64,000 nucleotides of DNA, from positions 106,702,001-106,766,000 of the forward strand of contig NC_083276.1 in the NCBI RefSeq assembly GCF_963506605.1. Reading direction: 5' to 3'. Shown piece after piece: positions 24,986-37,333 of the stretch. Made by a program: the position numbers and the translations under genes. The notes beneath the pieces were generated by a model that saw only the letters and a program-made list of their open reading frames with translations, had not been told where the DNA came from and made no database searches. How positions within the stretch are numbered: the first letter of the stretch is position 1; the number at the start of each line of letters is the position of its first letter. The stretch is from Zootoca vivipara. Lineage: Eukaryota.

Positions 24986-25468
24986 GACATGATAGGCATC
25001 ACATTTGAACTGGACAAACCGTGATGAATCGTAATTATGGTTTGTTAGAAAAAAGCCAACTTCAAACCATGGGCTTTCTTCGACAGATCGCACAGTTTAG
25101 GGTACAGATGACACACAAACTATGGTTAATTAAAAAGGAAGTGAAAACTTCCAATCTCCTTGCAGTCATGTCAGGATGGAGGACTTATTCTGACATCCAT
25201 ATTTGTGCCTAAACAAAAAATAAAAAAAATTTCCTTCCAGTAGCACCTTAGAGACCAACTAAGTTTGTCATAGGTATGAGCTTTCGTGTGCATGCACACT
25301 TCTTCAGATACCAACAGATATTTGTGCCTGTTATTGTTCCTTTATCATTGATTAAGCCTGGTAGATTTCTGCGCTTACAGTGAAGTTGCCCAAGTTATGC
25401 CAACTTGGAAGAGTTAAGGACCTGGTTCTGTGACTCTTTCCAGTGTTATTTTTACGTGTCTGAATGGC

Positions 25469-25558
25469 CATAGCTGTCAAGTTCTCCCTTTTTTTAAGGG
25501 AAATTCCCTTATGCTGAATAGGCTTCCTCGCAAGAAAAGGGAAAACTTGACAGCTATG
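25469..25558. mobile_element. 90-bp MITE with 9-bp TSD
   Basis: TIR CATAGCTGTCAAGTT...AACTTGACAGCTATG; exact flanking repeat ctgaatggc at 25460-25468 and 25559-25567. Confidence 0.85.
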
Positions 25559-27388
25559 CTGAATGGCATTGAAGTCTCCAGCTTGTTCAGCAGATGAGAA
25601 ATCTTGTTGCTACAGATATGCAGAATTGGCAACGGCGGGAACTGGAAAGAGGTTTTCTTCTGCAGAAGAGGCTTCCAGTTCTCTCTGCCTTCTCTGGGCA
25701 CTTGAGAATTTCTTTGGAATTTGAGGGGGTGCAGGGTTTTGAGCTGAGCTTGTGATTTTGAACTGGCCAAGGGGTGGGGTGTGTGCGTTGTTCTTTCCCG
25801 TAAGCCTTTCTCCAGCATTCTGCAGCCTCCCTGGCTTCCTGCACTTCCACCTTTGAAAAAAGCCCCATGGGAACATTTCTTGGGCTTTAATTGACACATG
25901 GGAAGCTGGGGAGACTTCAGAATGCACGTTAGTGAGATGATGTAGAATGAAAGAGAAGATGTTCAGAATTGCCCCTCTGTCACCCCAAAAATAAGGTAAG
26001 CACCCCACCCACGAGACTTTCACCAACATTTTTATCTCCTTTGATAATTTTCAAGTGCAACTTTTCTTCTCATTAACTGATGAAGAGTGAAAAATCAGGA
26101 GAGACGCTCGGCACAGCACGTCATTTTATAAGTGTATTTTTATTACCCTTGTTTTGCTGAAGACACTTGTTACTTGACTCACTCTGCTATGAAGTCTAGT
26201 TATCAGTTTGCCCTCCTAAAAACCTTTGAATAGCCAGCAATATGAGTTGAGAACAAAGTAGTTACATGAGTAACAGCGGGGAGCAACATAGTTCTTTAAT
26301 AGTTGCCTACATAGTTGCACTATTTCAAAGGGCAAGCTGTCAACTGGTTTTGGATGTGCATAGAATGCTCTGTGAAAATGCAGTCTCTTCATGAAAGCAT
26401 ATACTGTACAGTGGTACCTCGGTTTACGAACTAAATCCGTTCCTGTAGCCCGTTCTTAAACCGAGGCGCACTTTCGCCGCCGGTGCCCTTCCACCGTTTG
26501 ACTTCCATTCGTAGACCAAGGTAAAGTTCGCAAACTGGAACACTACTTCCGGTTTTGCGGAGTTTGTAAACAGAATCATTCGTAAACAGGACTGTTCGTA
26601 AAGTGAGGTACCAGTGATATCTTCCTGCTCGGTCAGAGGAGGCGAGGGGTGGGCCAGGGGCCGGGGTGCTGCCGCCACGTGCTGCCCCCCCCGCTGCCCC
26701 CGCCAGAGTGGAGCTAGGGACGGCCTTCGCCCCTCCCTTGCTACGTGCCTGAGTGTGTCCTATAGCCAGCATTCTGTCTTTTTTCGTTCTCACTGGGTAC
26801 TCGTTTTTTGCTTTTTAGTGCTACCTGCTAAATTTTTATTGTCTTGACTTACTATAGCCAATTCATCTCCCCACCCCTCTTTTCCCCCTACACACACAAA
26901 TCTCTTATGACACCAAATCAGGAAGTGAAGTTCTTCTTTCCAACGTTTTTTTTTTGTGTGTGTGTGTGTGTTTTTTTAATTACGACTTGTTGTGCTAAGA
27001 TTGGGTTGCAAGGCATAATGTTTGAACACTCCTGTGCCAAAATCTTCTTTTCACTTCTGATTCTGTTTTCGTCTAGTTATCTTTGAGACTGTTCTTCAGT
27101 CTTTCACACAGATACAAATCAGAGATGCTATAAATATGTCGGAAGGGTCACGTGTTCACCCCCTGGTCACACACATGGTGTAACATCTGTACAGGCATAA
27201 ATATGGGTATCTGTGCACCCAAATTGGAAAAGGTAGAAAGGATGGAAGACAAGGATGGAAGATATGTGCATGCACCTAGATCCATGTCTGAATCCAGTCT
27301 TGATGTCTGTTTTCAATTTCACAAAAGCTTTGAAAGGCTAATAGTAGGAGACAAGGGTTAAGTTCTACCTTTGATAGAGGATTTCACA

Positions 27389-27427
<39 letters not shown>

Positions 27428-30400
27428 GTTTTCTTTAGATTTTTGGGTTTTTTATATGTATAATGAAAACAATTCAATGAAATTTAATGGGGGGAGAGGC
27501 TGACATGGTCACAGCTTTCTTGCTAAATATGATGTATAAAACTGAAGTTACAATGACTTGAATCCAGAAGGAGTTGCTGCCCACCTCCATCACGTGGAAG
27601 CCCATAAAACCCTGAACTGAGATAGGAAGAGTTGCCACATGAGGCATGCCTTACAGCAGGCACGTCTACCTATCTGGAGACTGCGATCTACTCCCGGTAT
27701 AATAAAACTGGCAGTGATCTCTACCCATTGTCATTGCCCAGCTTTTTTTAGGAGGAGAGAACAGAATTGTTAAGCTTTTGGAGGGGGGGGGCTGGCAATC
27801 GCTAAGGATCCCGAGATCGACCAGGAACACCCATGATCGACCAGTAGATCGCGATTGACCGGTTGAACATGCCTGCCTTAGAGCAATCCGTTTAAGTCCG
27901 CCTGGTCGGACTACAATTTGCCACGATGGCCAAAGGCTCTTTGGAGATGAAAGTGTGATCTTGTAACATCTCAATACAGTCATACATTGGTTGTTGTTAA
28001 ACAGATGCAAACCAAGGCGCGGCTTAGGATTGGCTGATTGGCCCCGGAAACAGTGACAACAGCCGAAATGGACATTCGGCTTCCAAAAAACGTTCACAAA
28101 CTGGAATACTTACTTCTGGGTTTGTGGCGTTTGGGAGCCAAAATGTCTGAGTGCCAAGACGTTCGACAACCAAGGTACGACTGTGCTCACATTAATGGAA
28201 CATGGGTGGTGCTTTGATGCCACATTTCTAGACCTCCAGCTGAAAATTGCTTTGATGATCACACCTCTGGGAGGAAGTGGGCAGCTACTGGTGACTGTAG
28301 AGAAAAGGCCCTTACATCTATTGCATCAAGCCAAGTCTGTCCCGAGTAACCTTACTGAGTTTCTTTTCGTCTGACACTGAGTCATTGAAGATAATTGTTT
28401 TAGGATTACTTCGCACATTGCGTTTTTAAAGAACACACCTGAAATATAAATTGTGAATGCAGCCAACAGGTGTTTAGAAACAGCTACACTTGTCAGAAAG
28501 ATGGCACCGAGAGAGAGAGATGAGATTGCCGAGGCTTCCTGTTGAGAGTATGCTTTTGTTTTGTTTTGTCGCTGTTAGAATTGGCTGAGCACCAGACCCG
28601 TTCTGACTGCCAGGGCTGTGCATGGAGCAATAGGGCTGAGAAGCAATGACCCTGTGCAGTGGGGCTCTGGGTGCATAGGCGGGGCTTAGTTACCATATTT
28701 TCCCATGTATAACACGCCCCCATGTATAAGACACCCCCTATTTTTGGAGACTCAGAATTAAGAAAATGAGGGGAGATTGCCCAGAGTTGTTGAGCTTATT
28801 GGGGGGGGGGAGGATTGCCCAGAGTTCTTGACCCGCCTCACCAACACTTCCGATCGCATGCGACACAGAAGCCACCAATCGTCTGACAGCTCGCCGTCAG
28901 CCGCCGCCAATCACCCGCACAATTGCCGGAGCAGCAGCCAATAGACAGCAGCCATTGGCGCAGAAACAAATCGCCCACACTATCACAGCTTACAATCTCC
29001 TGGTCACGGTAGCACACAATAATAATAATATTTATTATTTATACCCCGCCCACCTGGCCGGGTTCCCCCAGCCACTCTGGGCGGCTTCCAACAAAATACT
29101 AAAAGACAGAAATCCAATCCCCTGTGCCCCCCCCTCAGCACTACCTATGTACAGTATAAGATGACCCAATTTTTTCACATTATTTTAACGTGAAAAAACC
29201 TCGTCTTATACATGGGAAAGTGCAGTATTTCTCAGCAAGTTGCTTTTCTGGCTCTCCTGGAGCGGGGTGTGGGATGCGCCAAGCTCGGCTGGCTCCATGG
29301 GGTCGCTTTTCCTGCCTCAGGTGCCATCCTAAGACTGGGTAGACCCGCTGGCGGCCTTCATTCCTGTGAAGTGTTTGAATTGGCCCCTCGGCCCAGTAGA
29401 AGTCACGTAAGGAAAAGGAGTTTGTGAGGCAGAGGGTGGTGCTGCAAGAACATTTGCTAGCCCTCGTTTTCTCTTGCTTGCAAGAACCTTTATTCCTGCT
29501 TTACACTTAAAGAGCAAATCTCTCATTAGGCTTCTGTTATTTTTGCCATTTGCATGGAGTGCAATAACAAAAGGGCGGTATTTAGTGTGATGGGACTGAG
29601 AGCCAAAACTCCTGCAAGGAATCTTTCCCTCAGCTCTCAGCGGAGGGACTTACCAGCATTGTGGGATGAGCTGTAAGTGGTGTTGGCCAAATGACACACT
29701 CTGAATCAAGGGCCATTACGGTCAGATGAACCTTTTTCATTTTAACCAAATATAAGTGTCTGGTGAAGGACGTTGCTTACTTTGATAATATCATTTTATT
29801 TTTCAGGGTTTGAACAGTAGCAAATTTATTTCAGATATTTTAGTTGACGTTGTATAAACAGACAAAACCCTATGGGAGCACAATGCCTCTCATGTTTCCT
29901 TTGCAGCATCAGCTCCCTGATTTTGTGTCATTTTAAAAAAATCTAGGGCGCTGTTTATTTCCTCGTTTCTGACTATGCCTTGCATGTGCCTTTCTTTCCC
30001 ACTTACCCTGCAAAAAAAAAATAAAAAAAAATTGAGTTTACACCCACATGCTGAGTGAATTATGGTTCTGTTTCCCTTTTGTAAAAAAACAAAAACAAAA
30101 AAACTGACAAATGTCATACATCCTTGAGAGCTGGAAAATTCAGCCTTTTAAAAAAAGACAATTTTTCTGCCGCTATAACTTCATGGTTTTTCTCTTCCCA
30201 ACTCCTTTCTGAGTCAGTCTTCCCTCCCTCCCTCTCCCCCCCTCCCCGCTTTTTGTATAGAATGTCATCCTATATAGAAAATTAATGGCTTAACAATGCA
30301 GGAGCCGACTTTTTAAAAGCCTTAATTTCTCCCCTTTTGAAGTTTTATAGCTTGAGTCTTGCAAAAATCCTAAGTCATTAAGTGCTAAATAGCTACGTTC

Positions 30401-30723
30401 CAACTGTTCCAGAAATTACAACCCTTGAAGACTATTGTCACCTTTTTTAAATGTACTTTATCTTGATTCCAGCACATCCTAAAACTAATTAAATATTAGT
30501 GAACAGAGTGTATAAATGGAATGAGACAACATTTCCCACATTTATAGGCACTAATATGTATGCTGCTAGGGTGACTATTTTCAGTATTCAAAATAACGCA
30601 CAATTGTTTTGAATAATTGTCCACAATGAGATGTAACTTCATGCTGCCATAAATGGTTATTAATTATTTCAGCCTAACCTGATGGGGTAGTACGTACAGG
30701 GCCGATTTCATTTTAAGGATATA

Positions 30724-31001
30724 CAGTGGTACCTCGGTTTATGAACTCAATTGGTTCCGGAAGTCTGTTCATAAACTGAAGCGTTCATAAACTGAAGCGA
30801 ACTTTCCCATTGAAAGTAATGGAAAGTGGATTAATCTGTTCCAGACGGTCCGCGGAGTACTTAAACTGAAGCATTCATAAACTGAAGCGAACTTTCCCAT
30901 TGAAAGTAATGGAAAGTGAATTAATCCATTCCAGATGGGTCTGCGGCGTTCGTAAACCGAAAATTCGTAAACCGAGGTGTTCATAAACCGAGGTTCCACT
31001 G
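30724..31001. mobile_element. pogo/Tigger-like MITE with ~90-bp internal tandem duplication
   Basis: TA TSD, CAGTGGTACCTCGGTTTATGAA...TTCATAAACCGAGGTTCCACTG; TTCATAAACTGAAGCGAACTTTCCCATTGAAAGTAATGGAAAG occurs twice. Confidence 0.88.
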
Positions 31002-31959
31002 TATAAAGAAAGGACCAGCTTGATCAGACTGAAGACCATTCTAGTCCAGCATCTCATTTGCTACAGTAGCCAACCAGGTTCTATAGGAAGCCCCCAAGCA
31101 CATTTACCCCTCTCCCATTGTGGCTTCACAGGAACTGGTATTCAGAGGCATGCTGAACCCCAAAGAGAGCCTTACCGAACACAAATTTGTCTAATGCCGT
31201 TTTAAAGGCATCTTCAATAGGTGGCCATCATGATAGCAAATTCCATAGCTCAATTGTATGTTTCGTTCATTTATTAGGTTTCCATCCTGCGCTTCCCCCC
31301 CCCCTGCCCCGAGGGTGACAAACGCATCTGCAATAAAACAGTTATTTAAAGAAAAGCATTCTATGAGGAAGCATGTTTTGTCTATCCTAAATCTCCCAGC
31401 GTTCACCTCTGTTGGATGGCCTCCTTGTTCTTGTATTAAGAAAGAGACAGAAAGACTTCTCTCAGTCTTACTTTCTCCGTAGTATTTATTTTTAAGCAAG
31501 CTGTAGACTTCTTTGACTCAGAAATACCATCCCCCCCCCCTGCTCCAGTGATCTGTTTGGAAAGAAGAATATTTAATACTTTTTTGCTTTTGGAGGGTGC
31601 CTATCAGGAAAGAGTATTTTCCTCCACCAAAGGGAGACGCGAGATGGAAATTTGCTAAAAAGCCGAGGAGATCCGAGTGTGTGGATCAGGCTGTATTTTG
31701 AGTGCGACAACTAATTATATTTAGGTCTGAGGTGGTTGTCGTTTCCACCCATGTGTAACGTTTGCAGTGAAGTAAGGTAAGCTGAAAACTGGCCTGAATT
31801 TGAAATAGCTGCAAGACCGCACAGGTTGGAAATTTCCCATAGAAACAATATGCTTTTGTAAACCACTTTGAGGTTCTTCACAATCAAGCAGCTTGTAAGT
31901 CATACTAAATAAATAAATTTATACACCTCTCCTCCCCCCTTGCCCCATCCATACTTTGA

Positions 31960-32210
31960 ATTCCCAAATATTGTAACCTTTCCTCATAGGGGAGCTGCTT
32001 TAGCCACCTGATCATTTTGCTTGCCCCTTTCTCAGCCTTTCCCAGATCTGCAATATCCTTTTGGAAGTGCAGAAGCCAGAACTGTATGCCAGATTCCAAG
32101 TATTAGGTGGGGCCCATACACCTGCACAAAGGTGTTAGCGATTTTGGCAGCTTTTGTTTTCGATCCTCTCCCTAATGATCCCTGACGTGGAATTTGCCTT
32201 TTTCACAGAT
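31960..32210 (-). mobile_element. Degraded CR1 LINE fragment (further old CR1 3' sequence ~31010-31440)
   Basis: Translation QFWLLHFQKDIADL...ASKMIRWLKQLPYEERLQYLG resembles the CR1 ORF2 C-terminus. Confidence 0.75.
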
Positions 32211-32316
32211 TGCGAAGACTTAATTGAGCCTGTAGTAGTCTATTCTGCGACGGCATTCCTCAAAGACTGAGAAATTCGCCAACTGTGCTTGCTGTATGTG
32301 CTTCTTTCTGTTTCAG

Positions 32317-32496
32317 GAACAATTGGAGGGTGAGAGTGTAAAGTTAAAAGAAACCGAAGAGGAAAGCAATTTAAAAGAAAAGAAATTTGAATCTATTATT
32401 GCCGTCAAAGATGATGAAATACGGCTTCTGAAGAAACAGTTGAAAGAAATAAGTGAGGCACAAAATTCCAGGCCGGGACCAAGAAACGAAAAAGAG
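32317..32496 (+). CDS. TANK: TANK coding exon 4, 60-aa coiled coil (EQLEGESVKLKE...KDDEIRLLKKQLKEISE...RNEKE)
   Basis: Strong ctttctgtttcag| acceptor, GAG|GTAAGA donor, 180 nt, phase 0-0, open frame with heptad character. Confidence 0.88.
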
Positions 32497-33007
32497 GTAA
32501 GATTATCAAGGGGAGGGAGACCCAAATCTTTGCCTACAAATGACACTGTGTGCACATGGAAATTGTGCATATTATCCTTGTAGAATGAGGATTAAGCCAT
32601 GTATCTGTGCTCTTTGGCACATGTGCATTATGCACATGCTCTATTCCCTCCCCCTTGTTGCATATAATTTGGAAACAGTCGTTTTTCAAATGCTTTTCTA
32701 CCTGTTGCGGAGTATGGTTTGGTGCACATTCAGCTTTGCCTTTTGTGTTGGTGCTTCAGAGACAGATACGTTAGCTTCATTTTGCCAGACAACCTTTCAA
32801 AGTTTCTGAAAGCCATATAAAAGACGGATTATCGTAACAACTTCAGTTTCAGGCTTTTGAATAAAACGCCCATGTAATACTGAGCTAACCCACAAGGTGG
32901 TAGTCAAATATAATAACTTCTGTTCATGCATGATAAAACACACCATCTCAGCCCTGGCCCAGCTTATTGAAGGTATGTAGTAGAGTCTCTGCTGATAGAT
33001 TTCTGGC

Positions 33008-33051
<44 letters not shown>

Positions 33052-33555
33052 ATCTGATGCGTAGAATATGTGGCTCTCTGTCCCAGTTTTATCATTTGTT
33101 TGAAGAGGATTTGGATCAAATACCGGAAAACGTTGAAGCAAAAATATTCCTTAAAAAGCGGGGTGAATAATGACAAAATCTTCTAATGAAAAGGAAATGA
33201 AGCTCAGAGAATTAACTGTTGGAGCTGCAGATTAACTATGTCCTCTGTGTAAGCTCTCTATCAGTGTATGTAGCACCTCTCACTCATCTCAACATCCACC
33301 CAAATACTTCAGGAATCTTCTGGCGCCTTCATGTAAATGAGGATGTGGACGCGTTCGATTTCCATCTAAGACATTTTCCAAGCCGTTATTTAGAACGACT
33401 GCATTTTACCTTTTTATATTAAAAGGGGAGGGGAAGGCAAGTGCCATGGTTAAGTTGCTACTGTACGAGCCTGGTCAATGTGTTGATTCATTTTGTTAGG
33501 CTGTTATAAATGCAAGCTTCTTCCTTTGTTTATACTTACGGTCTTTTTTTAAAAG

Positions 33556-33629
33556 GCAAGGAATGGAAAACATGCTTCCTCTAGGCAGGAATTATCTCCG
33601 GGGGCCTTCGGTACAGCTGCCTGTGAAAG
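33556..33629 (+). CDS. TANK: TANK coding exon 5 (ARNGKHASSRQELSPGAFGTAACER)
   Basis: ttttttaaaag| acceptor, AAG|GTACAT donor, 74 nt phase 0 to 2, which bridges the phases of the flanking exons. Confidence 0.8.
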
Positions 33630-34656
33630 GTACATCACACTTATTCTCGCCCCCCCCTATTAATTTATTTATTTAAGGAACCTGTTTTCTATTTAGTAAT
33701 CCTCTCATGTTTACCCTCGTTCTCCGATTTTTAAAAAGCCAGGAGTGCTCCTGTTCTCCCTTGCAACCGCTCAATATTGAAAAGGGTATCTAGAGCCCAC
33801 TTCTGAGCATCAGCAGGTTTGGTCAAAGGAGAGGTTGCACCCTGAATGTAAAGTCAGGATGGAAGATCAAGTCGTTTCCTGTGCACCAAAGCCCTCGCTT
33901 GCCCCCTTTAGTGTTCATGAACCTGTTTCACCTGGGCATTCTAGCCCTGAAACAAGGAGGGATTCGGGAGCTGAGCTGGAGCTCCCCAGTGCAGAGCTTC
34001 TATCATTGTAGAGGGGAGACAGGCAAAGTCTGCCACTACCTGCCCTACTAGGGCCTCTTGTGCTATGTACTATAGCAGCCCTGCTCAGGGTTTGCCTGTC
34101 TCCATCCATGGCAGAGACTGCTTTGTGAAAGGTGCGCACAGCCATTCTTGGAGCACTATGTGTTGTTGTTGTTTTAACCAGAGCAACGGTGCTTGGGATT
34201 TTAGCACACATCTATCTGCACCGTTTCCCTAGTACAAATTGGCTCCAAGTCACTGGTATTAAGGCCTATTGGAGAAAGAGAGGAAAAAAAAGATGAGTGC
34301 AGTACCTATGCCATGCCTATATGTTTGTTTTCTCCAGAGGGGGTCCTAGCAGCCATTTAGATCGAGGAGACTGTGCAGGGGGAAATGGTTAAATGCAGTC
34401 AAAATGGGAGACGGCACACACACGCCGGCTGCTTTACAGATTCTTGTTTTTCTATTAAAAAAACAACCCCAAAACACTGCAATGTCAGGTCACAGATCAC
34501 GTACATCGTGTCTCTTTCCATTCCCTGAGTCTGGCTTTCAGGTATAGGGGTGCAAAAATTTCCCAGGGTTATGCTTGATAAAGACAAAAGAGTGGAACAG
34601 AATGTGGTGCTTTACATCTGAAATAATGTATTTTTTATGTATTTCATTTTTGAAAG

Positions 34657-34775
34657 GGACGAACTTGAGGCTATTTTCTGGGGCATGAAGGAAGAATTTC
34701 ATCACATACGCGCACTAGCTAAAGCACAGACGGACCAGCTGAGTAAATTTAAACTACGGAGAGAAGCTGTAACTG
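34657..34775 (+). CDS. TANK: TANK coding exon 6, TBK1/IKKe-binding domain (DELEAIFWGMKEEFHHIRALAKAQTDQLSKFKLRREAVT)
   Basis: Matches TANK TBD motif FWxxKEEFHxIxxLAKAQxDxLSK; AG/GT boundaries; 119 nt phase 2 to 1. Confidence 0.95.
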
Positions 34776-36752
34776 GTATCGCTTTACTGCAGCTCTTACT
34801 GTGATTCAGCTGTTTCAGCTGGGGGGGGGAACATGCTTCGTTTTTGGAATATGATGTATATGATGAATGTGCTTTCCAACGCTATCCGGGACTTGCCCTG
34901 ACTTCTGCGTGGCGCTCTATAATTGACGAAATGGTCCTACGTTGCAATAACCCTGGTGACCGAAATATAAAAAGAAATGTGTGTGTGTGTTTGATAGAAA
35001 AAGAGAGCGAGAGAGCACACACACAAACACACACATCACTTCTGCAGTGTGATGTGACTGTTCATTTTGCTGCAAGTGCATGTCTTGAGAAGCTGCTGGT
35101 TCCCTTGTATTCCTTGACCTATCTGCTTGCAACACAGTGAACGCTCTTTCTTCCCTTCGCCAGTGAATACTGCCCCTGTTTTCTCTCTCCCACACACCTA
35201 TCTCCCATATAGAGATCACCTCCGTTTGATAACAACATGATCAGTGACGCTGCTTTTAGTTATATGGCTAGGAGCAAAAATATAGATCGGAATTTATACA
35301 GCAGGTTTTTGGCCTGTTGTGTGCAAAGGAGAGGATGCAGATCTACCTGTCGGAGTGCATTTTAATATCTGCTTTACGTATGCCTCGCTGCGGTTTGCCG
35401 CACAACCTTAGATGCTCAATTTCTGCTGAAGCGGGAGAGCGGAGCACCTGTCTGTAACATAAACTGATTTCGGCAGGGCTTGTGCAGCAATGCACTGAGC
35501 TCGTTGCATGCACTTTGAATTAATGCATTTTGTTTTGGAGATTAACGCTGCAATGCTAGGCATGTCTGCTTAGAATGAACCCCACTGAGTTCAATGAGGC
35601 TTGCTCCTAGGTATGGGATTGCAGCCTAATTCTGTTTAATGCTTTTATTTTATAAACATTTTCCAATCCTTCTCATAAGAGACCAACACCTGCCTAATCC
35701 AGCAGGCCCAACAGCAACTGGTTAGATGCTTCTGGGGAGCTCCCAGTCTTTGATCTAAACCACTGGTTTTGTTCCTGCTCAAAACCTTGTATGCTACATT
35801 TTTGCCATCTAACAGTAACTGCACCTAATTTCTAGTACTGGCATTTACAGCTAACTTCATTGAGCAGCATCCATAAGAAGAGGCCTGCATGGGCTGAGCT
35901 GGTGATAGCTATGTACCGCTCACTCGAGGGATCAGTTCAGTTTGCCTTTTTGGTGTGCCACAGTTAACCTGCATTTAAGTTGCTTTTTTTGTGGCTTGCC
36001 AAAAGTGGACTGAAGGCAGCCTGTGGCAAATGGACGTGCACGGCTAGACACTAGACGTGTGTTGAAATGGTTGCATAAGCCACAGCTTGTTAAGAAACCT
36101 CCCCCACCCCAATCCGGTCACCTGTCATTCCTCAGCTAGAGACAAATTATCTGTGATGCAACCCAATTCTTGCCAAAATGAAATCGCAAAAATAGGTAGA
36201 GTTATTTATACTGTCTAGAAAATGCTTTCCGTATAACATGGAATATAAATATCATCATTATATTCTGTCTTAAGTAGTGAGAGAGACCCAGCCACCCCCT
36301 GAAAAACAAGTCTGGCAAATGGATTTTATTTTGAAAAGTTTTAGCCTAACTTGTTTTTAAACATCTAATATTATCTAATAGTTTATGGAAATGAAATATT
36401 GTACATCTATTATTTAAATCTTAACATTTTATGGAAACTGCTTAGAAGTTTTGTTGGTTAAGCGGTATATAAATCTTGCTAGTGGAGGGTGTTGGGGGTG
36501 GCAAGGCACAAGGGCAATTGCGAGGTTTGGATTTTTGGCCCCAAACGAGAGTTCTGGCAAATTTTATTCTTCTATAGGGGAGTCAATGGGTTGGCATGGA
36601 GGAGTCACAGTATCAGTCTCTGGTGTGTCAAACTGATAAATTTACCATGCTGGTCTTTGGGGAAATTAAATTTGTCAGGAAGTTGAAGTTATGTGCTTTA
36701 AACCAGAGACTTAGGTACTGTTTAATCATTTCCTTTTCACCTGTCTTTACAG

Positions 36753-37333
36753 AAATTCCATTCTCCACGCCTATCCAGTGCACCGATGAACAAGCAGATG
36801 ACCTCTGTAATCCTTGGGTTAAAAAGGATCTAAACAGGGGTGTCGCACACTTCCCATCCACCACTCCAAGAGGGGTGGGGCAGGACGAGGAAGAAAACTC
36901 TGTGGAGTCCCTTTCTCAGTTTAATGTCAAGTTCCCTCCCATAGACAACGATGCTGCTTTCTTGGAGAGCACCCCGGATGCTCCAGAAATCCCCTGCATT
37001 GTGATGCCTGAGAACATGCTTCCAGATCAGCCATTTCATAGGGACCTTGGAGACCAGGACGTGAGCTACAGCGAGGTGAAGCACAACATGTTTGAGGGCC
37101 ATGGCGCTGACTCAAGCACTTCAGCCGCACATAAACTGCCAGCTGCTAGTAAAGCCAAATCCTCAGCCGCCCACACAAACGCACTCGTACAGAGTCCTTT
37201 GGACAACCCTCTGTGTTTTCAAGTGCCTTATGCGTACGGCTTTGGAGCCACTGTCTTTCCAGATCAAGATATCCCTGAAATAAAACTTCCGTCTTTAGAA
37301 GATAACAAGAGCCCTGTTGGAGTCCCTCAGCAG
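36753..37333 (+). CDS. TANK: TANK coding exon 7, includes TRAF-binding motif PIQCTD
   Basis: IPFSTPIQCTDE...TPRG...DEEENSVESLSQFNVKFPPIDND...PQQ; tttacag| and CAG|GTATCT; 581 nt phase 1 to 0. Confidence 0.96.
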
